DNA from: an uncultured Thermoleophilaceae bacterium
GTDB lineage: Bacteria > Actinomycetota > Thermoleophilia > Solirubrobacterales > Thermoleophilaceae
DNA length: 64,000 nucleotides
Assembly: GCA_963771715.1 (NCBI GenBank)
Contig: CAVYUQ010000018.1
Location: 60,438-124,437, forward strand
Reading direction: 5' to 3'
The position numbers were made by a program, and so were the translations under genes. Below are positions 22,778 to 32,659 of the stretch, in pieces. The first letter of the stretch is position 1. Each line of letters opens with the position of its first letter. The notes beneath the pieces are model-generated. The model made no database searches and had not been told where the DNA came from. It was given only the letters and a program-made list of their open reading frames with translations.

Positions 22778-24009
22778 GGCCGAGCCTCGGCGAGAGCCTC
22801 CAGGTCCTGCGCCTGCGCAACTTCCGGCTGCTGTTCGCAGGCCAGGGCATCTCTGTGCTGGGCGACCGCATGGTCGCGGTGGCGCTCGCGTTCGCCGTGC
22901 TGGAGCTCGGTGGGTCCGCGTCGGAGGTGGGGCTCGTCCTCGGGGCGGCGTGGGGGCCGCTCGTCGTGACGGTGCTCGTGGGCGGCGTGGTGGCGGACCG
23001 GACCTCGCGCCGGGCCGTGATGGTCGGCGCCGACCTGGCGCGCATCGTCACCCAGGGCACGATGGCCGTCCTCGTGATCAGCGGCGCCGCGGAGATCTGG
23101 ATGCTGGCCGCGCTCGCCGGAGTCACGGGAGCGGCAACGGGCTTCTTCAACCCGGCCTCCACCGGTCTCCTCCCAGAGGTGGTGCCGGCCGACGAGCTCC
23201 AGCCCGCGAACGCCCTCCGCGCCACGGCGGTGTCCGGGAGCGAGATTCTCGGGCCGCTCGTGGCCGGCATCCTCGTGGCCGCCGCCGGCGCGGGCTGGGC
23301 GATCGCGGTCGACGCGGCGACGTTCGCGATCAGCGCCGTCTGCCTGGCGATGCTTCGCCCGCCCCCACGCGAGCGACGGACGTCCACCTCGTTCCTGGGC
23401 GACATGCGCGACGGCTGGAAGGCCTTCCGGTCGCGGCGCTGGGTGTGGACGTTCATCTCCTATTTCGCGATCGCGAACATGCTCTGGGGCGCGTGGAGCG
23501 CGCTCGGCCCGGTGGTCGCGGACCGCGATCTCGGCGGCGCGGCGGTTTGGGGAACCGTCCTGGGTGCGCTCGGGGTCGGGGCGCTCGCCGGCAGCCTCGT
23601 GGCGACCCGTGTGCGGCCGCGGAGGCCGCTCCTGTTCGTCGCGTCGCTCGAGGGCCTGTTCGCGCTGCCGCTCGCGTTTCTGGCCGCGGGGGCGCCGGCG
23701 CTCCTGCTGGCGTTCGCGGCATTCGTGTCGGGCTTCGGGATGATGCTGGGGATGGCCGTCTGGGAGTCAACCCTCCAGCGGCACATCCCGGCGGACACGC
23801 TCTCGCGCGTGAGCTCCTACGACTGGTTCGGCTCCTACGCCTTCTATCCGCTCGGCCTCGCCACCTGGGGAGCACTGGCGGGCGCGATCGGGCTCCACAC
23901 GGCGCTCTGGGTCGCAGCCGGCCTGATCGCCGCCGCGGCGCTCGCGCTCCTGGCCGTTCCGGACGTGCGGCGGTTCAGGGTCGATCGGGCCGGCGCGCCC
24001 TTGACATAG
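22774..24009 (+). CDS. MFS transporter
   Basis: Intact 411 aa with about 12 hydrophobic segments. FRLLFAGQGISVLGDRM...GGVVADRTSRR is typical of the MFS_3/enterobactin-exporter-like group. The GTG start overlaps the upstream TGA. Confidence 0.85.
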   Translation: MRPSLGESLQVLRLRNFRLLFAGQGISVLGDRMVAVALAFAVLELGGSASEVGLVLGAAWGPLVVTVLVGGVVADRTSRRAVMVGADLARIVTQGTMAVLVISGAAEIWMLAALAGVTGAATGFFNPASTGLLPEVVPADELQPANALRATAVSGSEILGPLVAGILVAAAGAGWAIAVDAATFAISAVCLAMLRPPPRERRTSTSFLGDMRDGWKAFRSRRWVWTFISYFAIANMLWGAWSALGPVVADRDLGGAAVWGTVLGALGVGALAGSLVATRVRPRRPLLFVASLEGLFALPLAFLAAGAPALLLAFAAFVSGFGMMLGMAVWESTLQRHIPADTLSRVSSYDWFGSYAFYPLGLATWGALAGAIGLHTALWVAAGLIAAAALALLAVPDVRRFRVDRAGAPLT

Positions 24010-24018
24010 GATCGGCCG

Positions 24019-25128
24019 ATGGACTCGCGCAGGCCGCTCGCCGCGGCGCTACTCGCGTTGGCCGCGCTCTGGCTCATGCCCGCGAGCGCGGAGGCGAAGG
24101 TCGTCTGGCTGTGCAAGCCGGGGCAGAGGGCGAACCCCTGCGAGCCGAGCCTGAAGTCGACGCTGTTCTCCCCGTCCGGCGAGCGCCTGGGCGTTCAGAA
24201 CACCAGGCGGGCGGCGAGGCGCAGGGCGGATTGCTTCTACGTCTACCCGACCGTGAGCGACCAGCAGCGGCCGCAGGCCACTCAGGTCGTGGACGACGTG
24301 CTGCGCTCGATCGCGCTCTACCAGGTCGCGCGCTACTCGCGCGACTGCCGCGTCTTCGCGCCGGTCTACCGGCAGTTCACCATCCAGGGGCTGCTCCAGC
24401 CGGACACGATCACGCCGGAGATGCGCGAGCAGGCATACGCCGACGTCCGCGAGGCGTGGCGCACCTACCTGCGCCGATTCAACAACGGCCGCGGCGTCGT
24501 GCTCGTGGGGCACTCGCAGGGCACGTTCGTGCTGCGCCAGCTGATCCGCGAGGAGATCGACCCGAGGCGGGCGATGCGCCGGAAGCTCGTGTCGGCGCTG
24601 CTGCTCGGCGGGAACGTTCTCGTGAAGAAGGGCAGCGACCGCGGGGGCGACTTCGAGCACGTTCGCGCGTGCCGCGCGCCCCGGCAGGTCGGCTGCGTGG
24701 TCGCGTTCTCGGGCTTCAACGGTCCCGTCCCGGCCGGCGCAGTGTTCGGACGCAGCGCGGATCCGGAGCTCCAGGTGCTCTGCACCGCTCCGGGCGCGCT
24801 ACGCGGAGGATCTGAGGCCGTGACGTCCATCTATCCCACGAAGCCGTTCGCCCCCAGCGTGATCGGCCTGGCGGCGAACGCCGCGGTCAGCGGCCTTCCC
24901 CGGCCGAAGACGCCCTGGGCGGAGTTCCGAGGCGCGTACTCCGCGCGCTGCTCGGACGCCGACGGGGCGAGCGTCCTTCAGCTAGAGCCGAGGGGAAGCA
25001 TCTTCAACCTCACCCCCGTCCCGGACGCGAACTGGGGCCTCCATCTCGCGGACGCCAACATCGCGCTCGGCAACCTCGCGAACCTCGTACGGCGCCAGAT
25101 CGCCGAACACGCGAGAGTGAGGAACTAG
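24019..25128 (+). CDS. secreted alpha/beta-hydrolase, DUF3089-like lipase
   Basis: Signal peptide MDSRRPLAAALLALAALWLMPASAEA and nucleophile-elbow context VVLVGHSQGTFVLRQLI. Intact 369 aa. Confidence 0.55.
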   Translation: MDSRRPLAAALLALAALWLMPASAEAKVVWLCKPGQRANPCEPSLKSTLFSPSGERLGVQNTRRAARRRADCFYVYPTVSDQQRPQATQVVDDVLRSIALYQVARYSRDCRVFAPVYRQFTIQGLLQPDTITPEMREQAYADVREAWRTYLRRFNNGRGVVLVGHSQGTFVLRQLIREEIDPRRAMRRKLVSALLLGGNVLVKKGSDRGGDFEHVRACRAPRQVGCVVAFSGFNGPVPAGAVFGRSADPELQVLCTAPGALRGGSEAVTSIYPTKPFAPSVIGLAANAAVSGLPRPKTPWAEFRGAYSARCSDADGASVLQLEPRGSIFNLTPVPDANWGLHLADANIALGNLANLVRRQIAEHARVRN

Positions 25129-25133
25129 GGGCC

Positions 25134-25161
25134 AGACCCCATTCATTCGTCTATGGGGTCT
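25134..25161 (+). terminator. hairpin after the DUF3089-like gene (9-bp stem AGACCCCAT/ATGGGGTCT, 10-nt loop)
   Basis: Perfect inverted repeat 6 nt after the TAG at 25126-25128. There is no U-tract. Confidence 0.3.
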
Positions 25162-25180
25162 CGCCCCTATTGGACGATCG

Positions 25181-25387
25181 GTGGATGTTGCCGAGAATCT
25201 GGACATGGCCCACTACCTCTGTCCCCACTGTGAAGACGTGGTCGACTTTGACGGCCTCGCACGCGTTACCTGGTGCAACGGGTGCGGCCAGCCGCTCAGC
25301 ATGTTCGACCTGCTCCCCCTCCGGCCCGCAATCACGACTCGCGGACCGGCGGACGCCCAGGAGGAAGCGCCCCCCGCGCTCGCCTGA
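25181..25387 (+). CDS. small zinc-ribbon-like protein (CxxC...CxxC)
   Basis: 68-aa ORF ...HYLCPHCEDVVDFDGLARVTWCNGCGQPL... sits in an otherwise non-coding gap. The start is GTG 25181 or ATG 25184. Coding status is unproven. Confidence 0.35.
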   Translation: MDVAENLDMAHYLCPHCEDVVDFDGLARVTWCNGCGQPLSMFDLLPLRPAITTRGPADAQEEAPPALA

Positions 25388-25395
25388 GACGGGCC

Positions 25396-26253
25396 TTAGG
25401 CGTCCCGTGGCGGCACCTTCGTGCCTGTCGCCGCACCGGCACTGGCTGCCACCACGAGCACGATCGCGACGAGCTCGCGCGCGGCAAGGCCCTCGTCGAG
25501 GACGATGAACCCGGCGAGGGCCGCCATGGCCGGCTCCAGGCTCATCAGCACGCCGAAGACGCCGGCCGGCATTCGCCGAAGCGCCTCCATCTCGAGTCCG
25601 TAGGGGATCGCCGACGACAGGATCGCCACGGCGAAGCCGATCGCCAGCACGGCGGGCGCGAGCAGGTCGGCGCCCCCGTCCGCCACTCCGACGGGCGCGA
25701 GCATCAGCGCTCCCGCGCCCATCGCCAGAGCAAGTCCCTGTCCGCCCTCGTAGGCGCGCCCGACCCTCACCGCCAGCAGGATGTACGCGGCCCAGAAGCA
25801 GCCGGCCAGCAGCGCCAGCGCCACCCCGAGCGTGTCGAGGTCCGCCGTCCCGAAGTCGGACAGGAGCAGGATCCCGGCAGCCGCGAGCACGACCCAGACG
25901 AGGTCGAGCGCGCGGCGCGAGCCCGCGACCGCGACGCCGAGCGGGCCGACGAACTCGATCGTCACCGCGACCCCCAGCGGGATGCGCTCGAGCGCCTCGT
26001 AGAAGGACAGGTTCATGGCTACGAGCGCGAACCCGAACGAGACGACCAGCCGCCAGTCGGCGCGCGAGTGCCCGGCCAGGGCCGGCCGGAAGAGCACCGC
26101 GAGGACGGCGGCAGCGAACAGGACACGCAGGAAGACCGTGCCGCCGGGGCCGACCTCGTCGAACAGCGTCTTGGCGAACGCCGCCCCGAACTGGACCGAC
26201 GCCACGCCGCCCAACACCAGGAGTGTCGGGGGTATACGGTCGGCCCGGACCAT
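25396..26253 (-). CDS. EamA/DMT-family transporter
   Basis: The start is taken at Met56 of ORF 25396..26418 (MVRADRIPPTLLVLGGVASVQFG...). There are ten hydrophobic segments; FYEALERIPLGVAVTIEFVGPL is typical of EamA repeats. Confidence 0.85.
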   Translation of the reverse strand: MVRADRIPPTLLVLGGVASVQFGAAFAKTLFDEVGPGGTVFLRVLFAAAVLAVLFRPALAGHSRADWRLVVSFGFALVAMNLSFYEALERIPLGVAVTIEFVGPLGVAVAGSRRALDLVWVVLAAAGILLLSDFGTADLDTLGVALALLAGCFWAAYILLAVRVGRAYEGGQGLALAMGAGALMLAPVGVADGGADLLAPAVLAIGFAVAILSSAIPYGLEMEALRRMPAGVFGVLMSLEPAMAALAGFIVLDEGLAARELVAIVLVVAASAGAATGTKVPPRDA

Positions 26254-27466
26254 GGCGGTGCACCGTACAGAGGCGCGCGAGCGGAGCCACGCGGAGCTCG
26301 AGCGGATCTTCGCGGACGTGGACGCGCCGTTCGCGCTGGTGGACCTCGACGCGATGTGGGCCAACGCCGGCGAGATGCTGGCCCGGGCGCGCGGCACCCC
26401 CATCCGCGTGGCCAGCAAGTCGGTCCGCTGCCGGGCCCTGCTCGAGGCGATCCTCGATCACGACCCGGGCTTCCGCGGCCTGATGACGTTCACGCTGCCG
26501 GAGTCGCTCTGGCTGCACGAGCACGGCTTCGACGACCTCCTGCTCGCCTACCCGACCGCCGACCGCGGCGCGCTCGCCGAGCTCGGCCGGCTGGACGCCG
26601 ACGGCGCGCCGATCCTCATGGTCGACTCCGTCGAGCACCTCGACCTGATCGAGGGCGCCGCGGGTCAGCCGGCTCGGCCCTTCAGGGTCTGCATCGAGCT
26701 CGACGTGAGCTGGTGGCCGCTGGGCGGGCGGGTCAAGATCGGGGCGAAGCGCTCCCCCGTGCGAACGCCCGAGCAGGCGCGGGCGCTCGCGCACGAGATC
26801 GTCCGCCGGCCGGCCTTCGAGCTCGCGGCGCTGATGGGCTACGAGGCGCACATCGCGGGACTCGGCGACAGACCGCTGGGAAAACGTGTCCAGCCGCCCG
26901 CCATCCGCCTGATCAAGCGCCGCTCCGCGGCCGAGATCGCCGAGCGGCGCGCGGCGGTCGTGGCCGCGGTCCGGGAGGTCGCGCCGGTGCCGATCGTGAA
27001 CGGCGGCGGCACCGGGAGCATCCACACCACCAGGCAGGAGGACGCGATCACGGAGATCACGGCCGGCTCGGGCCTCTACGCGCCGACGCTGTTCGACCGC
27101 TACGACGACTTCTCGCCCACCCCGGCGGCGATGTTCGCCATGCCGGTGGTGCGGAAGCCGAGTGCGCGGATAGCCACCCTCCTCGGCGGCGGCTATCTCG
27201 CGTCCGGAGCCGCCGGCGCCGACCGCCTCCCCACACCGCACCTCCCGCCGGGGCTTCGTGTTGACCCACTGGAAGGTGCTGGCGAGGTGCAGACCCCGGT
27301 AACGGGTTCCGCCGCCGCTAGCCTGCAGATCGGCGCGAACGTGTATCTGCGCCATGCGAAGGCCGGGGAGCTGTGCGAGCGTTTCAACACCCTCTATCTG
27401 GTGCGCGGCGGCGAGATTGCCGACGAGGTGCCCACCTACCGCGGCGAGGGCCGCTGCGAGCTGTAG
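26252..27466 (+). CDS. PLP-dependent alanine-racemase-fold enzyme (amino-acid deaminase/aldolase, DSD1-like)
   Basis: The start is taken at MAVHRTEARER... (ATG 26252). FALVDLDAMWANAGEMLARARGTPIRVASKSVRC (candidate PLP Lys) ...MGYEAHIAG...NGGGTGS. Confidence 0.65.
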   Translation: MAVHRTEARERSHAELERIFADVDAPFALVDLDAMWANAGEMLARARGTPIRVASKSVRCRALLEAILDHDPGFRGLMTFTLPESLWLHEHGFDDLLLAYPTADRGALAELGRLDADGAPILMVDSVEHLDLIEGAAGQPARPFRVCIELDVSWWPLGGRVKIGAKRSPVRTPEQARALAHEIVRRPAFELAALMGYEAHIAGLGDRPLGKRVQPPAIRLIKRRSAAEIAERRAAVVAAVREVAPVPIVNGGGTGSIHTTRQEDAITEITAGSGLYAPTLFDRYDDFSPTPAAMFAMPVVRKPSARIATLLGGGYLASGAAGADRLPTPHLPPGLRVDPLEGAGEVQTPVTGSAAASLQIGANVYLRHAKAGELCERFNTLYLVRGGEIADEVPTYRGEGRCEL

Positions 27467-29185
27467 CGGCGGCGCTTGCCGCCGGCGCGGCCGCGCTCGT
27501 CCTCGCCTCCCCCGCTTCCGCGCGCGAGAACGTCGTCGTGATCATGACCGACGACCAGACCGCGGCCTCGCTGCCGACGATGCAGAACGTGAACAACCTG
27601 CTTACGGGCGACGGCACGAAGTTCGACCAGGCCATCGCGAGCTTCCCGCTCTGCTGCCCTTCGCGGGCCACTCACCTGACCGGGCAGTACGCCCACAACC
27701 ACGGGCGTGCTGCACAACAATCCGCCCTTCGGCGGCTTCATTCAGCTCGACCACGCGAACACCCTGCCGGTCTGGCTCGAGGGCGCCGGCTACCGGACGA
27801 TGCACGTGGGCCGCTACCTGAACGGCTACGAGTTCCGGCACGGAATCCCGCCCGGCTGGACGGACTGGTACGGGAGCCCGCACTCGGGCGCCTTCAACTA
27901 CGCCTCCTGGAAGGTGAACGAGAACGGCGTACTGAGGAGCTATCCCGAGCCGAGCAACCCGGGCGAGCACCAGACCGACCAGTCGACCCGGCGCGCTGTC
28001 GAACTGATCGACGACGCCTCGCCCGGTGACCGGCCCTTCTTCCTGTCGCTCTGGTACGTGGCGCCCCACCGAGGCGGCCCGCGCGACCCGGATGACCCGC
28101 GCCGCCCCGGCACGCCCTCGCCCGCTCCACGGCACCGCGACGCGTACGCCGGCGTGCGGATGCCGCGCCACCCGAACTTCAACGAGGCGAACATGTACGA
28201 CAAGCCGCAGGTGGTGGCCGACCGGCCGCGCATCTCCCCGGAGTTCGCCGGCGGCATCCAGGAGAACTGGCGCCAGGAGATCGAGACGCTCATGGGCGTC
28301 GACGAGGGCGTGGCCCAGATCGTCGAGGCGCTGCGCCGGAACGGCGAGCTCGAGAACACGCTGATCGTCTACATGTCTGACAACGGGTACATGCACGGCG
28401 AGCACCGGGCGCTGGCCGAGAAGGTCCTTCCCTACGAGGAGTCGATCCGGATCCCGCTCGTGATGCGCGGCCCCGGCGTGCCCCGCGGCCGCCTCGACCG
28501 GCGCCTCGTGGGCAACCTCGACGTGCCCGCCACGATCCTCGACGCGGCCGACGTGCTGCCGGGCCGCGTGCCCGACGGCCGCTCGCTGCTCGAGCTGCTG
28601 GCCGACCCGGGCGCCGAGTGGGGCCGCGACATCCTGATCGAGAACGGCAACGGCGCCAACGCGGTGCCCGCCTACCGCGGCATCCGGACCTATCGCTTCA
28701 TGTACGTCGAGCACCGCACGACGGGCGAGTACGAGCTGTACGACCTCGAGAACGACCCCTTCGAGATGCAGAGCGTGGACGGGTTCGCGCGCTACTCAAA
28801 GGTGCAGCGCGACCTCAGGTCACGGCTGCGCGAGCTTGTCTCGTGCGCGGGCGTGGACTGCCTGGCCCGCCCGCACCTGACGCTCGCGGTGCGCTCGGGC
28901 GGGCGCCCCGTGCGCGGCTGCTTCCGGAAGGACTTGGGCGTTCAGGTGCGCGGCTCGAAGCGGTCGCGGCTCCTGCACGCCGACGTGCTGATCGGCCGCC
29001 GCCGGGTCGAGCGCCTGCTCAACATCCCCACGGCGCGCGGGCACCGCGGCGGCCCCATAACGCTCACCGGCCGCGTGCGCCGTCAGCAGATCCGCCGCCG
29101 CGGCAGCTTCCGCCTGCGCGTGCTGGCGGAGACCGAGGACGGCCGCAAGCTCACGCTCGACCGCGTGCTCAGGCGCTGCGGCTGA
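27373..29185 (+). pseudogene. sulfatase (formylglycine type), one frameshift near 27700; start uncertain
   Basis: Signal-like AALAAGAAALVLASPASA; VVVIMTDDQ...FPLCCPSRATHLTGQYAHNHG (C-x-P-x-R motif) in ORF 27373..28029. It continues as VLHNNPPFGG...YMSDNGYMHGEHR... in ORF 27707..29185. Confidence 0.85.
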
Positions 29186-30443
29186 GGACGCGCCTCAGGT
29201 AGTCGTTCTCGAAGCGCCGCTCCGGGTCGAAGCGCTCGCGCAGCTCCTGGAAGCGCTCCCATTCGGGGTAGCGCGGCTCGAGCGTCGCGGCCGACTGGTA
29301 GTGGCGCTTGCCCCAGTGCGGCCGGCCTCCGTACTGGTCCATGATCGCCTCCACGGCGCGGAAGTAGGTCTCGAACTCCATTCCGACGTACTGGTGCACC
29401 GCGATGTAGGCGGTGGGGCGCTCGTAGGCGGTCGAGAGGAGGGCGTCGTCGGGCTGCACCACGCGCAGCTCGATCGGGAAGCCGATCGGCAGGCGGCGGC
29501 GCTCGATCAGGGCAAGCACGCGCTCGAGCGCCTCCGCGGCGTGCTCGCGCGGGATCGCGTACTCCATCTCGGTGAAGCGCACCAGCCGCGTGTTGGCGTA
29601 GACCCGGTTGCTGGCGTCGAGCTGCTCCGTCCGGCTCATCAGCCCGGCGAGGCGCCTGTTCAGGAACGGGATCAGGCGCGGAAACGCCCGCCCCGTGCGG
29701 CAGAACAGGCCAAGCACCGCGTTCTCCACCACCAGGTCGCGCACGAGCTCGGCCACGCGCCCGGGCGGCTCTGGGGCGCGGTCGGTGCGCTCGGAGGTGA
29801 GCGTCAGGGCCCGTCGCGTATAGGGCATCACGAACGCCTCCCAGTGGTCGTTCGCATCGACCAGCTCGTCGAGCCGCGGCAATACGTCGTCGAGCGGCCG
29901 CGGCTCGTCGATGCGGTGGATGGTGAAGGCGGGCACGCAGCGAAGCGTCACCGCGGCGATCGCGCCGAGCGCCCCCAGGCTCACGCGCGCGGCACGCAGC
30001 TCGTCGCCGTCGCGGAGCTCGCGCAGCTCGCCCGTCCCGTCCACGAGCCGGACGCCGGCAACCTGCGACGAGAGGTTCCCGAAGCGCCCGCCGGTGCCGT
30101 GCGTGGCCGTGGAGATGGCGCCGGCGATCGTCTGCGGGTCCACGTCCCCCTGGTTCTCCATGGCCAGGCCGCGGGCGCGCAGCTCCTCGCCGAGCTCGCG
30201 GAGCGTGATGCCGGCCTCGACGGTGACCTCGTCGCCGTCCACCTTCAGCACGCGCCGCATCCCCGCCATGTCGACCATCACGCCGTCGGTGCAGGCGATG
30301 TCGGTGAACGAGTGGCCCGCGCCGGCGACCTTCACGCGGCGCGCTCCGGCCACCACGCGCGCGAGCTCCTCCTCAGACTCCGGTGTCTCGACGCGCTCCG
30401 GCGCGCACCTCTGCTGTCGCGCCCAGTTGGTCCAGGTGGGCAA
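29169..30443 (-). CDS. FAD-linked oxidase of the D-arabinono-1,4-lactone / L-gulonolactone oxidase family
   Basis: Intact 424 aa: VKVAGAGHSFTDIA...GAISTATHGTG...GRPHWGKRH. The TTG start at 30443 directly abuts the trxB TAG. Confidence 0.85.
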   Translation of the reverse strand: MPTWTNWARQQRCAPERVETPESEEELARVVAGARRVKVAGAGHSFTDIACTDGVMVDMAGMRRVLKVDGDEVTVEAGITLRELGEELRARGLAMENQGDVDPQTIAGAISTATHGTGGRFGNLSSQVAGVRLVDGTGELRELRDGDELRAARVSLGALGAIAAVTLRCVPAFTIHRIDEPRPLDDVLPRLDELVDANDHWEAFVMPYTRRALTLTSERTDRAPEPPGRVAELVRDLVVENAVLGLFCRTGRAFPRLIPFLNRRLAGLMSRTEQLDASNRVYANTRLVRFTEMEYAIPREHAAEALERVLALIERRRLPIGFPIELRVVQPDDALLSTAYERPTAYIAVHQYVGMEFETYFRAVEAIMDQYGGRPHWGKRHYQSAATLEPRYPEWERFQELRERFDPERRFENDYLRRVLSRSA

Positions 30444-31466
30444 CTAGCCGGCGGCCGACTCGGCCGCGGCTTCCACCCGGTCCGGCTCAGGGGCCCAGTG
30501 GGCCTCTGGGTCGATCGGGGTGTCGCGCAGGTAGGCCTCCGCGTCCAGGGCCGCCATGCAGCCCGTGCCGGCGGCCGTCACGGCCTGCCGGTACACGCGG
30601 TCGGTGAGATCGCCCGCGGCGAACACGCCGGGCAGCTTCGTCTTCGTCGAGCGGCCCTCGACGAGCACGTAGCCCTCGTCGTCGAGGTCGAGCTGCCCCT
30701 CGACCAGCTGCGAGTTCGGCTTGTGCCCGATGGCCACGAACGCGCCGGTGACCGGGATCTCCTTGGTGGAGCCGTCGTCGGCGTTCTCGAGCACCGCGTG
30801 GCCCAGCGACCCGTTCTCGCCGGCCTGGAAGCTCTGCACGACGTAGGGCGTGACCAGCTCGATGTTGTCGGTCTGGCGAGCGCGGTCGAGCATGATCGCC
30901 GAGGCGCGGAACTCCGGCCTCCGGTGGACGATGCTCACCTTGCCGGCGAACTTCGACAGGAACGTGGCGTCCTCCATCGCGGTGTCGCCGCCGCCGACCA
31001 CGATCGTCTCCGCGTCGCGGAAGAAGGCCGCGTCGCAGGTGGCGCAGTAGGAGACGCCGCGCGCCGACAGCTCCTCCTCGCCCGGCACGCCGAGCTTCTT
31101 CGGCTCGGCTCCCATCGCGAGGATCACCGAGCGCGCCGGGATCTCCTTGCCGCCCACGTGCACCACGTGCGTGCCGCCCTGCTCGGAGGCCAGCTCGATC
31201 TTCGTGGCGTCGTCCGTGATGAAGCGGGTACCGAAGCGCTCCGCCTGGTCGCGCAGGTCCTGCATCATCTGCGGGCCCATCACGCCCTCGGGATAGCCGG
31301 GGTAGTTCTCCACGTCGGTCGTCTGCTGGAGCAGGCCGCCCCAGGCGAACCCCTCGATCAGCAGCGGGTGAAGGTCCGCGCGCGAGGTGTAGAGCGCAGC
31401 CGTGTAGCCGGCAGGGCCGCTGCCGACGATCACCACGTCCTCGATCTTCCTCGTCTCCACGCTCAT
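30444..31466 (-). CDS. trxB: thioredoxin-disulfide reductase
   Basis: MSVETRKIEDVVIVGSGPAGYTAALY..., redox CATCDAAFF, GGGDTAMEDA, GVFAAGD. 340 aa. The ATG overlaps the upstream TAA (TAATG). Confidence 0.95.
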   Translation of the reverse strand: MSVETRKIEDVVIVGSGPAGYTAALYTSRADLHPLLIEGFAWGGLLQQTTDVENYPGYPEGVMGPQMMQDLRDQAERFGTRFITDDATKIELASEQGGTHVVHVGGKEIPARSVILAMGAEPKKLGVPGEEELSARGVSYCATCDAAFFRDAETIVVGGGDTAMEDATFLSKFAGKVSIVHRRPEFRASAIMLDRARQTDNIELVTPYVVQSFQAGENGSLGHAVLENADDGSTKEIPVTGAFVAIGHKPNSQLVEGQLDLDDEGYVLVEGRSTKTKLPGVFAAGDLTDRVYRQAVTAAGTGCMAALDAEAYLRDTPIDPEAHWAPEPDRVEAAAESAAG

Positions 31467-32659
31467 TACTTTACTTTCTGAAGTGTAGCCATCGGGGAGG
31501 CGGGAGCACCGCGCTCCTGCTCCCACCGCGCCACCGTACCGCGAAGCTGGACGAACGCGACGATACCCGGCGGTATCGGCAGCCAGAAGGCGATCACCCT
31601 GTAAGTGAGCACGGCCGGGAACACGACCGAGTCGTCGATGCCGAAGATCGAGAAGGCGCCGATCATGCCGGCGTCCACCGCCCCGACGCCGCCGGCGGGC
31701 GACGGGATCAGGTTCGCCGCCATGCCCACGAAGAACCCCTGCACGAGCACGGCGAACGGGACATGGCCGCCGAACGCCTCGAAGCTGGCCCACAGGATGC
31801 CGATGTTCGCGGCCCAGAAGCCGGCCGCGCCGCCCACGGCAAGGAGCCCGCGGCTCGGGTGCCTGACGTACGCGATCGCGGTGCGCGTTCCCATGGCGAG
31901 CGTCGCCGGCCCCTTCGCGATGCGCCGGAGGTAGCGCGCCCGCCGGTAGCCGCCCGCGTAGTGCTCGATCCGCCGCTCGAAGTCGTCGCGGGATCGCGCG
32001 ATCAGCAGGAACAGGATGATGATCCCGCCGGAGATGGCGGCCGGGACGACCGTTCCGGCGAGCGGCGCGCCGGCCGGCCAGCACGCCGGAACGCGCAGCA
32101 GCACGCCGAAGACCACGAGCGCGGACAGGTAGACGAAGTAGGTGAGTACGAGGAAGGCGACCATCCGGCAGGCCGCGCGCCGGCGCGGCACGCCCGCCTT
32201 GCGAAGCGCCCAGTAGGTGAGCACGATGCCGCCCGCCCCGGCCGCCGAGAAGATCCGCGTGGCCGCGAGCCCGGCCATCGTGATCTGGTACGAGGCGCGC
32301 AGGTCGAGGCGGCGGTGGACGTCGTCGTCGCGCGTGCCGCCGAGCACGCCGCGGAAGAGCGCGACGTAGGCTCCGAAGGCGAGCACGTTGAACCCGATCG
32401 CGACGAGGATCCAGTACCACTTCGCCTCGTCGAAGTTCGCTGAGCGCCTCGTCGGCGCCGACGATCTTCGGGAACAGCACGTAGATCGCCACGATGAGCA
32501 GGAGCACGAGCAGGAGCCCCGACCCGAGCTTGCGCCGGTCCTGGAGCAGCGCCTGGAAGCGGCCGACCTCGCAGCTCCTCGTCGGCGTCGACGCCCTCCA
32601 CGGACTCGACGCCCTCGAGATCGAAGTCGCTCTTCGCGGCGGCGGTCGTCCGCCGCCAT
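31466..32659 (-). pseudogene. flippase-like / lysyl-phosphatidylglycerol-synthase transmembrane-domain (UPF0104) protein; at least 2 frame changes near 32440-32600
   Basis: FDEAKWYWILVAIGFNVLAFGAYVALFRG...GMAANLIPSPAGGVGAVDAGMIGAF... (ORF 31466..33697). The N-terminal helix LLLIVAIYVLFPKIVGADEALSE is in another frame (ORF 30444..32507). The upper boundary is approximate. Confidence 0.65.
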
